The notes under the pieces are model-generated. The model worked only from the letters and a program-made list of their open reading frames with translations, searched no databases and had not been told where the DNA came from. A stretch of DNA of 64,000 nucleotides from Bacteroidota bacterium (GTDB lineage: Bacteria; Bacteroidota; Bacteroidia; Bacteroidales; UBA10428). The DNA is taken from contig CP065006.1 of assembly GCA_016699695.1 (NCBI GenBank), positions 2,494,562 to 2,558,561 of the forward strand. Direction: 5' to 3'. The position numbers and the translations under genes were made by a program. This document shows positions 29,559 through 38,843 of this stretch, one piece after another. Each line of letters begins with the position of its first letter. Position 1 is the stretch's first letter.

Positions 29559-30332
29559 TTATTTTCTGTTTTTTGGTTTCGGTTGCTTTTGTTTGGCTTG
29601 TCCGGGTGCCGGACAATCAAGGGCACCTTTCGATTCGGATTGATCCAAATAAAACAACACCGACAAACTGATTGATAGATCGTTTAGCTTTATATCGCTT
29701 TGCGAATAGGGTGTGTCGGAATCGGTCATGAAGCGTTCATCTTTTCCGGTAATACTATGCATGCCTAAATTATAGGCGCCGGTAAGCACGAGTTCGAATG
29801 ATGTAAAGGAATAATGCGCACCGCCAATGGGGGCCACACTTATTTTAGGACGAATAAACGAATGTGTGGCATTACCACCTTGCTGAAGCAGGTGTCCGTA
29901 ACTGGCTGCACCTCCAATAAAGGGTTTTAGCTTGGCATTTCCCAGCATGTATTTAATTTCTAAAGGAATCTGAAGGTAACGCAACAGGTAGGTGTTTGTT
30001 TGTTCAACTGGTTCGGTAATAAAATCAATCTGGTCTGTTTTGCTGAACCGAAAGGTATAGAAGCCAGGTTTTAAGGCGATTACAAAATGTTTAAATACAA
30101 TCTCGCCATGAAAAAAAAACTGGTTTCCAAGATTGGAAAACAACCCTGAATAATTGCTTGAGTAAGGGTTACCGGTAAGGTCTTCGTACAGGGAATAAGA
30201 ATTTACTTCGCTGATTTGTGCGAAGTTGATTCCGCCTCCAAAACCATACTTAAAATTGGGCTGAGAAAAAACAGTTTGTGCGTAAGTTGCCAGTATCATG
30301 GCGAATGATGCAAAGAAAAATCTCTTTGTCAT
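29559..30332 (-). CDS. Outer-membrane beta-barrel protein (porin/PorT-like family) with a basic C-terminal tail
   Basis: 257 aa. Signal peptide MTKRFFFASFAMILATYAQTVFS/Q and alternating beta-strand pattern. A barrel-like end (LSVLFYL) is followed by DQSESKGALDCPAPGQAKQKQPKPKNRK. Confidence 0.7.
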   Translation of the reverse strand: MTKRFFFASFAMILATYAQTVFSQPNFKYGFGGGINFAQISEVNSYSLYEDLTGNPYSSNYSGLFSNLGNQFFFHGEIVFKHFVIALKPGFYTFRFSKTDQIDFITEPVEQTNTYLLRYLQIPLEIKYMLGNAKLKPFIGGAASYGHLLQQGGNATHSFIRPKISVAPIGGAHYSFTSFELVLTGAYNLGMHSITGKDERFMTDSDTPYSQSDIKLNDLSISLSVLFYLDQSESKGALDCPAPGQAKQKQPKPKNRK

Positions 30333-30506
30333 GGTGTGGTAGTTTTGTGTTCTTATTTAACGATATTTCATTTGATTGGGTATGCATTTGTTGAAATTTT
30401 TAATTTCTTTTAAATGCCTAAACCCGGTTCAAACTTGCTATCCTTTAAATAGAATAAACCAATAACCTCCTAAAAAGTTTCTTTCGAAGAAAAAAATTGC
30501 TGCCGT

Positions 30507-31334
30507 TTAGGTAGTATATGTTTTTAATAATTCAGCCATTTCAGATTGCATGTTTTGTGCTTCTCTGGCAGAAGCCTCTGCAAATTGCTCACCCTTACCG
30601 GCGAATAAAATGGAACGAGAGGCATTGACAATTAATCCGCAATTATTTGTCATGCCATATTTGGCTACTTCCTGAAGCGAACCACCCTGGGCCCCGACAC
30701 CCGGAACAAGCAAAAAATTATTGGGTGCATATTCCCTGATGTGTGAGAGCATAGAGGCTTTGGTAGCTCCTACCACAAACATTAAATTTTCAGGGGTACC
30801 CCAGTTGCTGGATTTCTTAATAACTTCGGTAAAAAGCGGAATGTTCTCGCGGTTGCTGAAGTATTGAAAATCAGCCGCACTTTCGTTCGAAGTGAGTGCA
30901 AGCAGAATGACAAATTTGTTCTTGAATGCCAGAAATGGTTTTACGGAATCGGCACCCATGTATGGTGCTACGGTAACTGAATCGAAGGGCATTTGCTTAA
31001 AAAAAGCTTCGGCATACATACCCGATGTATTTCCGATATCGCCACGTTTGGCATCGGCAATCAGAAAAATTTCGGGATAATGAGTTTTAATGTAGTTGGC
31101 AGTAAGTTCCAGATCAATCCATCCTTCGGCTCCCCGCGATTCATAAAAGGCAGTGTTGGGTTTGTATGCAATGGAATAGGGAGCAGTGGCATCGATAATG
31201 GCCTTGTTAAACTCAAAAACAGGTCTTTTGTGCGATAAAAGCTGTGTGGGTATTTTTTCAAGATCGCTGTCGAGGCCAACACACAAAAAGCTTTGTTTTT
31301 TTTTAATCTGTTCAACCAGATGTTTTAAGTCCAT
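30507..31334 (-). CDS. pyrF: Orotidine-5'-phosphate decarboxylase (type 2)
   Basis: 275 aa, LCVGLDSD and DAKRGDIGNTS motifs. Confidence 0.9.
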   Translation of the reverse strand: MDLKHLVEQIKKKQSFLCVGLDSDLEKIPTQLLSHKRPVFEFNKAIIDATAPYSIAYKPNTAFYESRGAEGWIDLELTANYIKTHYPEIFLIADAKRGDIGNTSGMYAEAFFKQMPFDSVTVAPYMGADSVKPFLAFKNKFVILLALTSNESAADFQYFSNRENIPLFTEVIKKSSNWGTPENLMFVVGATKASMLSHIREYAPNNFLLVPGVGAQGGSLQEVAKYGMTNNCGLIVNASRSILFAGKGEQFAEASAREAQNMQSEMAELLKTYTT

Positions 31335-31421
31335 AGTTGCCTGTTTTGAGTTTACAATCTCCTTGGTTCAAAATAAACTGTTTCTGTAGAAGTTTTTTTT
31401 CTTTCAATGGTTAATTTCTGC

Positions 31422-32510
31422 TTAAGCCATACCACTTTCCTTAAGGCGCTCGGAGTTTTCAGCCATCTGCAATTTGTCGATTATTTCCTGAATGTCGCCA
31501 TTAACAACCGCTTGAAGGTTATAAAGCGTTAGGTTAATTCGGTGGTCGGTTACCCTTCCTTGAGGATAATTATAGGTTCTGATTTTTGCCGAACGGTCGC
31601 CGGTCGATACCAGAGTTTTCCGCTTGGCAGCTATTTCATCCATACGTTTTTGATACTCGAGGTTATAAAGCCGGGTGCGGAGTTCTTTCATGGCCTTTTC
31701 GAGGTTTTTAAGCTTCGATTTCTGGTCCTGGCAGGTTACAACAACACCAGTTGGAATGTGTGTCAGACGAATGGCTGAATAAGTGGTGTTAACAGATTGG
31801 CCGCCAGGTCCTGACGAACAATATTCGTCGCGCTTGATGTCTTCGTTTTTTAGTTCGATATCAAACTCATCTGCTTCGGGCAAAGCGGCCACAGTAGCTG
31901 CCGAAGTGTGAATGCGTCCCTGGGTTTCGGTTTGCGGAACCCTTTGTACCCTGTGCACTCCCGATTCGTATTTGAGTGTGCCATAAACCTTCAGCCCTGA
32001 AACATTGAGTATAATCTCTTTATAGCCGCCGGATGTACCCTCGCTAAAGCTAATTACTTCTGATTTCCAACCTTTCGATTCGCAGTATTTGTTGTACATA
32101 CGCAATAAATCGCCGGCAAAAATACTGGCCTCATCACCTCCTGTGCCTGCCCTTATTTCGAGCGTAACATTGCGCGAGTCTTCCGGGTCAGATGGAAGCA
32201 GTAGTATTTTAATTTCTTCCTCAATAGGTTCTACCTGTTGTTGCAAAGCTTCGAGTTCGGCTTTGGCCATTTCACGCATTTCTTCATCCTTTTCGGAATT
32301 TAATATCTCGCGTGCATCGGCTATATTACTCAACAGATTTTCGAATTTTTTGTACGCCTCAATAATCGGTTCAAGGTCTTTATATTCTTTATTGAGTTTG
32401 ACATAGCGTTGCATGTCTGAAACAATATCAGGTTGGGTAATTAAATCGCCAACCTCAATAAAACGTTGATTAATTCCTCTAAGTTTTTCTAAAATAAAAT
32501 TCTCGCTCAT
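31422..32510 (-). CDS. prfA: Peptide chain release factor 1
   Basis: ORF 31422..32573. ATG at 32510 ([10 protein letters not shown]). GGQ motif [11 protein letters not shown] and RF1-type tripeptide region [14 protein letters not shown]. Confidence 0.93.
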   Translation of the reverse strand: MSENFILEKLRGINQRFIEVGDLITQPDIVSDMQRYVKLNKEYKDLEPIIEAYKKFENLLSNIADAREILNSEKDEEMREMAKAELEALQQQVEPIEEEIKILLLPSDPEDSRNVTLEIRAGTGGDEASIFAGDLLRMYNKYCESKGWKSEVISFSEGTSGGYKEIILNVSGLKVYGTLKYESGVHRVQRVPQTETQGRIHTSAATVAALPEADEFDIELKNEDIKRDEYCSSGPGGQSVNTTYSAIRLTHIPTGVVVTCQDQKSKLKNLEKAMKELRTRLYNLEYQKRMDEIAAKRKTLVSTGDRSAKIRTYNYPQGRVTDHRINLTLYNLQAVVNGDIQEIIDKLQMAENSERLKESGMA

Positions 32511-32606
32511 TTTTCCTGTTTTGGAAATTATTGGTTTGTATTCGCTAAAATAAAAAAGAGCGATAACAGCCATGCTGCTTCACTCTTCCACAATATCGCA
32601 AAGGCA

Positions 32607-33773
32607 CTAATATTCAAAAGTGCCAAATTCGCTGCTAATGGTTAGTTTTTTTTCTGTTGCCGCTTCCACACGCCCAACTATTTGCGCATCTACCTGAAAA
32701 GACTTAGAAATGTCGATTACACTTTGGGCATATTGTTCAGGTAAGTAGATCTCGAAACGATGCCCCATGTTGTATACTTCGTACATCTCCGACCAGTCGG
32801 TGCCGGATTGTTTTTGTAACATTCTGAATAGCGGTGGTACTTCAAACATATTATCCTTGATGATGTGCAGCTTGTCTACAAATTTTAACACTTTCGTTTG
32901 CGCACCGCCGGAGCAATGAATCATTCCGTGTATATGAGGTCTTAATTTTTCAAGTACCAATTTGATAATTGGTGCATAGGTGCGGGTAGGAGAGAGTACC
33001 AATTGTCCGGCATCGACTCCTAAGCTGGGTATGTCATCTGTCAAATCGAATTTTCCAGTATACACAAGCGATTGGGGCAACAGGTCGTCGTAACTTTCGG
33101 GGTATTTCAGTGCCAGATGGTTTTTAAACATATCGTGACGGGCCGAAGTAAGTCCGTTGCTGCCAATACCGCCGTTGTATTGTTTTTCATAGGAGGCTTG
33201 TCCGAAAGAAGAAAGCCCTACAATCACATCTCCTGGCTGTATATTGTTTACAACCACATCTTTCCGTGGCATACGGCAAGCGACTGTTGAATCGACAATG
33301 ATGGTGCGCACAAGGTCTCCTACGTCGGCTGTTTCGCCTCCGGTAAGGTGCAGGTGTACACCATGTTTGGCCAGTTCTTTAATCAGTTCGTCATAACCCT
33401 TTAAGATGTGCATAATTACAGAGCCGGGTATTTTTAGCTTATTACGGCCTATGGTCGATGAAAGTAAAATGTTGTTGGTGGCACCTACGCACAAAAGATC
33501 GTCGAGGTTCATGATTACCGAATCGTGGGCAATTCCTTTCCAGACCGAAAAGTCGCTCGTTTCGCGCCAATAAATATAGGCTAAAGATGATTTTGTTCCG
33601 GCCCCATCGGCATGCATCACAATACAATAATCGGGATCGTTGGTAAGGTAGTCGGGCAGAATTTTGCAGAAAGCATTGGGGTACAAACCGCTGTCTATGT
33701 CAGCAATGGCCGAATGCACATCTTCTTTTTGTGTCGAAACTCCTCTGCTGCCGTAACGTTCTGCTTTGCTCAT
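32607..33773 (-). CDS. purM: Phosphoribosylformylglycinamidine cyclo-ligase (AIR synthase), long Bacteroidota form
   Basis: 388 aa, AIR-synthase N and C domains (DGAGTK, LTGGETAD, HCSGGAQTK). Confidence 0.82.
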   Translation of the reverse strand: MSKAERYGSRGVSTQKEDVHSAIADIDSGLYPNAFCKILPDYLTNDPDYCIVMHADGAGTKSSLAYIYWRETSDFSVWKGIAHDSVIMNLDDLLCVGATNNILLSSTIGRNKLKIPGSVIMHILKGYDELIKELAKHGVHLHLTGGETADVGDLVRTIIVDSTVACRMPRKDVVVNNIQPGDVIVGLSSFGQASYEKQYNGGIGSNGLTSARHDMFKNHLALKYPESYDDLLPQSLVYTGKFDLTDDIPSLGVDAGQLVLSPTRTYAPIIKLVLEKLRPHIHGMIHCSGGAQTKVLKFVDKLHIIKDNMFEVPPLFRMLQKQSGTDWSEMYEVYNMGHRFEIYLPEQYAQSVIDISKSFQVDAQIVGRVEAATEKKLTISSEFGTFEY

Positions 33774-33884
33774 ACCTTTGGTTTATTTCTGGTGCAAAAA
33801 TAATAAAACTTATTGACTCACGGAACTGATTTGTGGCCACCACTATGGTGGTGGCCTGCAAACTCCTGTTGAAGGGGATTTCAA

Positions 33885-33913
33885 CAAAAAACCACCTTAA
33901 AACTTAAGGTGGT
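33885..33913 (-). terminator. Rho-independent terminator after folE
   Basis: accaccttaa-aac-ttaaggtggt hairpin. The minus strand is followed by T6 (A6 at 33886..33891 on plus). Confidence 0.75.
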
Positions 33914-33940
33914 AATTTGGTTTTGTATGTTGTTTTGTGG

Positions 33941-34648
33941 TTATGCTTGTTTGACCTGATCGAGAAACTCCCGCCGGTATTCCGGTTCTTTAAATTTGCC
34001 ATGAAAGCTACTGGTATAGGTCGAGCTGTCCTGGTCTTTTATTCCACGCAGGGTAACACACATATGGTCGGCTGTTATCACCACTGCTACATCTTCGGTT
34101 TGAAGAGCTTTTTTAAGTTCTTCGGCTATTTGCACAGTCAGGCGTTCCTGCACCTGTGGCCTGCGGCTGAAGAAATCGACAATACGGTTAATTTTCGATA
34201 ATCCAATTACTTTACCGTTCGAAATGTAAGCTACATGGGCTTTGCCTATGATTGGAACGAAGTGATGTTCGCAATACGAATGTACCTTCACGTTTTTCTC
34301 AATCAGCATTTCGTTGTAATTGTAACTGTTGTCGAATAATGTGACACTCGGTTTGTTGGCAGGGTTTAACCCGCTAAAAACTTCGTTGACATACATTTTC
34401 GCTACTCTTTTGGGTGTGTCGCGCAAACTCTCGTCTTCCAGGTCAAGACCCAATAGTCGCATAATCTCGGCAAAGTGATTTGATATCAGATTGATGCGGG
34501 TTTCAGTATCTTGCATCTCTGTGTCGAGATGTAAATCGTTTCGGTCGAGTTTGGGTTCGTCAGAAGGGGAGATAATCTTTAAAAATTCGCGCGAGCGTAT
34601 CGATTCGGTATTTTCTGCATATACCGTGGTTTTATTTTGTGCATTCAT
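33941..34648 (-). CDS. folE: GTP cyclohydrolase I
   Basis: 235 aa, CEHHFVPI and ITADHMC motifs. The start is 12 nt downstream of the sigma gene's stop. Confidence 0.9.
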   Translation of the reverse strand: MNAQNKTTVYAENTESIRSREFLKIISPSDEPKLDRNDLHLDTEMQDTETRINLISNHFAEIMRLLGLDLEDESLRDTPKRVAKMYVNEVFSGLNPANKPSVTLFDNSYNYNEMLIEKNVKVHSYCEHHFVPIIGKAHVAYISNGKVIGLSKINRIVDFFSRRPQVQERLTVQIAEELKKALQTEDVAVVITADHMCVTLRGIKDQDSSTYTSSFHGKFKEPEYRREFLDQVKQA

Positions 34649-34660
34649 GGTGTGTACTGT

Positions 34661-35167
34661 TTAGTAAGCGTAATCTTGTAATTTCTCCATCAACTTTTTG
34701 CGGGTAAAAAAGATGCGACTTTTCACTGTGCCAATCTTAAGGTCGAGCTCATCTGCAATTTCTTTGTATTTAAAACCTTGGGTGTGCATTAAAAAAGGGA
34801 TACGAAATTCGTCTTCCAATTCGCTGATGGCTTTGTTTATCTCCTTGGCTGATATTTCGCTTTCGGGCGTTTCGGAACGGCTTTCGCGGTTCAGGTTAAG
34901 GTAGAACAAATCGTCGGTGTTGTCAAAAGTGGTGTTTGCTTTCGATGCCCTGCGGTAATTGTTGATGAAGGTGTTCTTCATGATGGTAAAGGTCCATGCC
35001 TTCAGGTTGGTATTGTCGATGTATTTATCGCGGTATGAAATTGCTTTAGCAAAGGTTTCCTGCAGCAAATCTTTGGCATCTTCTTTATTCGAAGTAAGGC
35101 TTAGAGCAAAACGCTGCAAGTTGTCGCTCAGGCTTGTCAATTGATAATTAAATTCTATGGCTGTCAT
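34661..35167 (-). CDS. ECF-type RNA polymerase sigma-70 family factor
   Basis: 168 aa, region 2 (DAKDLLQETFAKAISYRDKY...AWTFTIMKNTFINNYRR) and region 4 (GFKYKEIADELDLKIGTVKSRIF). Confidence 0.85.
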   Translation of the reverse strand: MTAIEFNYQLTSLSDNLQRFALSLTSNKEDAKDLLQETFAKAISYRDKYIDNTNLKAWTFTIMKNTFINNYRRASKANTTFDNTDDLFYLNLNRESRSETPESEISAKEINKAISELEDEFRIPFLMHTQGFKYKEIADELDLKIGTVKSRIFFTRKKLMEKLQDYAY

Positions 35168-35465
35168 GGCTGTATGTTTTAATTAAATTGTTTAACGAAG
35201 GTATGAAACGATTAAACACAATGCAAATCTGTTTCGTTTTTTGACCCTGAATTCTAACTCAATTAAATTTTATGTATACATATAATCACCACAAAAACAA
35301 TCAATTATAGATTAGAATTCTAAATAGCTAAAAAATCTTAAAATGTTTAACGTAAAATGCTAAACATTAAACAATATATTTCAGAAGGATTAAACAAAAC
35401 TAAACGGATGCACTGTAAAAAACAGTGAATGAATAGTTTAATTGCAAGAAACTAAGAAGGAGGTA
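35168..35465 (-). promoter_or_regulatory. Repeat-rich control region between the B12/MerR regulator and the ECF sigma gene
   Basis: 298-bp AT-rich spacer. It contains attaaaca x3 (35211, 35366, 35389), tgtttaacg x2 (35189, 35344), gaattctaa x2 (35249, 35315), and the hairpin cactgt-aaaaa-acagtg (35411..35427). Confidence 0.5.
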
Positions 35466-36350
35466 TTAGGCGCTGAGTTTATCAATTATCTTAATGAAGT
35501 CATTTACGGATGCCACTACTTTTATGTTCTTCGGACTTTTCTTGAGACTTTGGGCCTGATGTCCGGTAAAGAAGATGGTGGTATCTTTAAACTCCTTTGC
35601 CAATTCCTGGGAGTATTCCTGAAGTTCGTCCTCTTCCATGGAGCCTACCACAGAGGTTACCAGGTAATCGGTTGGTTTTAATTTTTGCATCGAAACCAGG
35701 CTGCTAAGTGGCAACATAGCGCCAAGGTAAATAACCCTGTGACCTCTTTTACGGAGCAGGTAACTTAAAAAAAGTAATCCAAGTTCGTGGAGTTCCTTCT
35801 CTGGAAGATAGAGGATAAAGGTTTTTGATACCGGCGAATAGTTAGGCACCACACTGTCAATAGCTACAATAAATTTTTGGCGTACAAGGTTGGAAATAAA
35901 ATGCTCCTGGGCAGGTGTGATGGTGCCTGCCTGCCACATAACTCCCATTCGCTTAAAGAAGGGATAGAGTAATTGCAAAACCATCTGCTCAAATCCCATT
36001 TGTATGGTTGCTCGCGAAAGCAGCTTCTCGAAAAGGCTTTCGTCCATATCAATCATGGCAATGTAAAGGCTTTCGATCTGACTATCCTGGTCGGTAGGGT
36101 TTTCGGTAAGCTTTAAAACCAAACTGGCAATTTCTTCGCCAGATAATTCGGCTATCTTCGAAATTTTTAAGCCATGCCTGTTTAATATCGAAATATTTAA
36201 GATTTTTTTGAGTTCCAGGTCACAATAAGAACGGATGTTGGTGGAGGTTCGGTCAGGTTCAATCATCCCGTAACGTTTTTCCCAAATTCTGATGGTATGG
36301 GCTTTAATACCCGAAAGTCGCTCAAGATCTTTAATGGAATAGGTACCCAT
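35466..36350 (-). CDS. MerR-family transcriptional regulator with a cobalamin-binding domain (CarH/LitR-type photoreceptor)
   Basis: 294 aa. N-terminal MerR HTH (YSIKDLERLSGIKAHTIRIWEKRYG). W139-x9-E149-H150 (MWQAGTITPAQEH) and the E-x-H-x-x-G lower-ligand motif (ELHELG, H188) followed by a Rossmann-like domain. Confidence 0.8.
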   Translation of the reverse strand: MGTYSIKDLERLSGIKAHTIRIWEKRYGMIEPDRTSTNIRSYCDLELKKILNISILNRHGLKISKIAELSGEEIASLVLKLTENPTDQDSQIESLYIAMIDMDESLFEKLLSRATIQMGFEQMVLQLLYPFFKRMGVMWQAGTITPAQEHFISNLVRQKFIVAIDSVVPNYSPVSKTFILYLPEKELHELGLLFLSYLLRKRGHRVIYLGAMLPLSSLVSMQKLKPTDYLVTSVVGSMEEDELQEYSQELAKEFKDTTIFFTGHQAQSLKKSPKNIKVVASVNDFIKIIDKLSA

Positions 36351-36450
36351 GGACAGTAATTGTAATTTTGTTATTGTCTATAACAAATCGTATTGACGAT
36401 AGTTTAATGTATTGTTAAATAATTTTATTCGATGTTTAAACAAACTTGAG

Positions 36451-37089
36451 TTAAAGTTTGCGTATAATGCTGATTCCATCTCGCAGAGGAAGCATTAGAA
36501 CCTCCACCCTTGCATCGGTAACTAACTTCTGGTTGAAATCCATGATGGCTTTTGTGTCGGCATCAGGGTTCAGATCTGCGTTTAATACCTTGCCATCCCA
36601 AAGTACATTGTCGACAAGTATTGTTGAGCCGCTTCGTGTTTTTTCGAGGCAAAGTTCAAAATACTGCAAGTACTCCTGCTTGTTGGCATCGATAAATACC
36701 AGATCGTATATTTCATCGAGTTTCGGAATAATTTCCAGGGCATTACCAGTAATCAGGGTGATGTTGGACTCAAGTCCCGCTTTTTTAAAGTACTTTTTTG
36801 GTATGCGGACAATTTCATCGTTGCATTCGATGGTATGAAGGTGTCCGCCATTTTTTAATCCTCTTGCCAGACAAATGGTGGAGTAGCCGGTGTAGGTGCC
36901 TATTTCAAGTATGCGCAAAGGTTGAATCATTCTGCTGATATACTCAAGAAGCTTTCCTTGAAGGTGTCCTGATAACATTCGAGGGTTAATAGCTTTCAGG
37001 TGGGTCTCGCGGCTGAGTTCTTTAAGCAGCGGATCCTCCTGACTACTATGCTGGACTAGGTAATCTTCCAAAGGCCTATTTACTATCAT
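36451..37089 (-). CDS. Class I SAM-dependent O-methyltransferase (family 3, caffeoyl-CoA OMT-like)
   Basis: 212 aa, ILEIGTYTGYST SAM motif, FIDANKQEY. Confidence 0.85.
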   Translation of the reverse strand: MIVNRPLEDYLVQHSSQEDPLLKELSRETHLKAINPRMLSGHLQGKLLEYISRMIQPLRILEIGTYTGYSTICLARGLKNGGHLHTIECNDEIVRIPKKYFKKAGLESNITLITGNALEIIPKLDEIYDLVFIDANKQEYLQYFELCLEKTRSGSTILVDNVLWDGKVLNADLNPDADTKAIMDFNQKLVTDARVEVLMLPLRDGISIIRKL

Positions 37090-37096
37090 GCGCTTA

Positions 37097-38323
37097 TTAT
37101 TTAAATACCAACACCGAAAGATTTTTTTCGTCGAAAATTTCGTTGGCTACTTCCATAATCTGAGAGGCTGTGATCTGCTCTATTTTTTTACATACTTCTT
37201 CCAGTTCGTCTACCTTATTATATACCAGCAGACTTTTTGCGATGGAAAGCATCTGGTTTTCGTTGTTTTCGGCCGACATGGCTATTTGGCCGATCAATTG
37301 GCGCTTGGTTCTTTGCAGTTGGTTTGGACCAAGGCATTTGTTGCGTAAGGCTGCCAGTTCGCGATGTGTCAGTGCCAGGCTTTTTTTTAAATCTTTTTCA
37401 TCGGTGCCAAAATAAATGCTCACAATGCCTGTGTCGGAATAGGTTGTGTAATTGGCTTCGACATTATAGGCATAGCCTCTTTTTTCGCGCAGACTCAGGT
37501 TGAGTTTCGAATTTAGTCCTGGTCCACCTAGGTAATTGTTTAAAAGGTGTAGTATCAGCCTTTTTTCGTCGTTAAAACTATAAGCCGGCCCTCCTACAAT
37601 GCAATGGGTTTGGTGAGTATCTTTATCAACCTGCAAAAATGAAGCTTGATAGTTTTTAACCTGAAATTCACTTCTTGGGTTGGTGGCAGCGCGGGTTGGG
37701 ATATCGGAAAAATGTTTTTCGAAATAATGCTTGACTTTTTTAAAATCAAGCTTTCCAACAGAGGCAATCACCATTTGTTGGGTTGAGTAGTTTTGCTGAT
37801 AGAATTTTAAAATGTCATTACGGGTAATGCTTTGCATACTTTCGGCTGATCCAAGTATGTTGTTGGCCATGGGATGTCCTTTGTAAACCAATTCTTCAAA
37901 ATCGTCGAAAATCAGTTCGAGAGGCGAATCCTTGTAGGAGTTAATTTCGTCAATTACTACTTCTTTTTCTTTAATGATTTCCTTCTCCGGAAAAACGGAG
38001 TTGAATACGATGTCGCGAAGCAGTTCGAAAGCCCTTGAATAATAATTATTGAAAAAACTGGTGTGGATGCAGGTTTCTTCTTTGGTGGTAAATGCATTCA
38101 GCTCACCACCCACATCTTCCATGCAGCTGAGAATATGATAGGCTTTACGTTTACGTGTTCCTTTAAATATAAGGTGTTCGATTAGGTGGGTAATCCCAAA
38201 CTCCGAATCCTTTTCGTCGCGCGAACCGGTATTAATCATCAATCCACAATGTGCTACCGGCGAATCGGTTTGCTTGTGAATGAGTTTTATGCCATTTCCC
38301 AATTCATATATGCTACCCTCCAT
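37097..38323 (-). CDS. M16 family (pitrilysin-like) zinc peptidase
   Basis: 408 aa with the inverted zinc motif HLIEHLIFKGT (HxxEH). Confidence 0.85.
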   Translation of the reverse strand: MEGSIYELGNGIKLIHKQTDSPVAHCGLMINTGSRDEKDSEFGITHLIEHLIFKGTRKRKAYHILSCMEDVGGELNAFTTKEETCIHTSFFNNYYSRAFELLRDIVFNSVFPEKEIIKEKEVVIDEINSYKDSPLELIFDDFEELVYKGHPMANNILGSAESMQSITRNDILKFYQQNYSTQQMVIASVGKLDFKKVKHYFEKHFSDIPTRAATNPRSEFQVKNYQASFLQVDKDTHQTHCIVGGPAYSFNDEKRLILHLLNNYLGGPGLNSKLNLSLREKRGYAYNVEANYTTYSDTGIVSIYFGTDEKDLKKSLALTHRELAALRNKCLGPNQLQRTKRQLIGQIAMSAENNENQMLSIAKSLLVYNKVDELEEVCKKIEQITASQIMEVANEIFDEKNLSVLVFK

Positions 38324-38460
38324 AGTCCCTTATTTTATAGGCTACAAATGTATAAATTCCAAGTCATTTTCTGCTTCAAGCTAAACGCTTGATATTCAAG
38401 GTAAAATACTTGATTCGTTGCTTACTTTCTACTTAACCTACAAAAATGAAGCTTGTGTTT

Positions 38461-38489
38461 TTGTAGATTCATTTTTTTATTTACATTTG
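38461..38489 (+). promoter_or_regulatory. Bacteroidota-type promoter for tRNA-Phe (TTG-N18-TACATTTG)
   Basis: TTG at 38461..38463 and TACATTTG at 38482..38489, 17 nt upstream of the tRNA 5' end. Confidence 0.55.
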
Positions 38490-38506
38490 CACCGCTGTTT
38501 TAGCAA

Positions 38507-38579
38507 GGTACCATAGCTCAGTTGGTAGAGCACAGGACTGAAAATCCTGGTGTCCCTGGTTCGATCCCGGGTGGTACCA
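38507..38579 (+). tRNA. tRNA-Phe (anticodon GAA)
   Basis: Cloverleaf read by eye. Acceptor ggtacca/tggtacc, D-loop agctcagttggtagagc, anticodon loop cuGAAaa, T-arm cctgg-ttcgatc-ccggg, discriminator A. CCA is not encoded. Confidence 0.95.
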
Positions 38580-38585
38580 CAAACA

Positions 38586-38612
38586 AAACCTCCTCAATCA
38601 GGAGGTTTTTTT
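38586..38612 (+). terminator. Rho-independent terminator after tRNA-Phe
   Basis: cctcc-tcaatca-ggagg hairpin followed by T7. Confidence 0.8.
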
Positions 38613-38843
38613 GTTTCCATCAGTTTGTATCCGGACTGCCAGGCTTCAGTGTAAAGGGCAGCGGTAAGATTTCACATTCTCATTACCTCAAACTGAATTC
38701 GGCTATGCTTCAGTTTTCTTCATCCCTGAATGTGCTGTTCACACTTTTTAATTGCAATCACTTTTGGTTAACTTTGTGTTAATTGCCTTTACGTTTGCCA
38801 AGGCAACAGACTTATTCTATTATCTTGCAAAAAAACTTTCATT

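Noticed and set aside
29312-29626. 104-aa highly basic minus-strand ORF spanning the barrel/lipoprotein junction
   Set aside because: It is an alternative frame of two better-supported genes. Its composition (Arg/Lys/Asn-rich) reflects an out-of-frame reading.
33834-33856. Hairpin ggccaccac-tatg-gtggtggcc between folE and purM as a separate regulatory element
   Set aside because: It lies just downstream of the clear folE terminator and upstream of purM. It has no U tract and no second copy in the window, so it is not distinguishable from a chance GC-rich palindrome or an auxiliary terminator stem.
38522-38782. 86-aa ORF starting inside tRNA-Phe
   Set aside because: Its first ~20 codons are the tRNA sequence itself and it runs through the tRNA terminator, so it is an artefact of ORF calling.
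38580-38843. Possible genomic-island integration at the tRNA-Phe 3' end
   Set aside because: There is no integrase gene and no direct repeat of the tRNA 3' end downstream. The next genes (larE-like, MTH1187-family, antiporter) look chromosomal.
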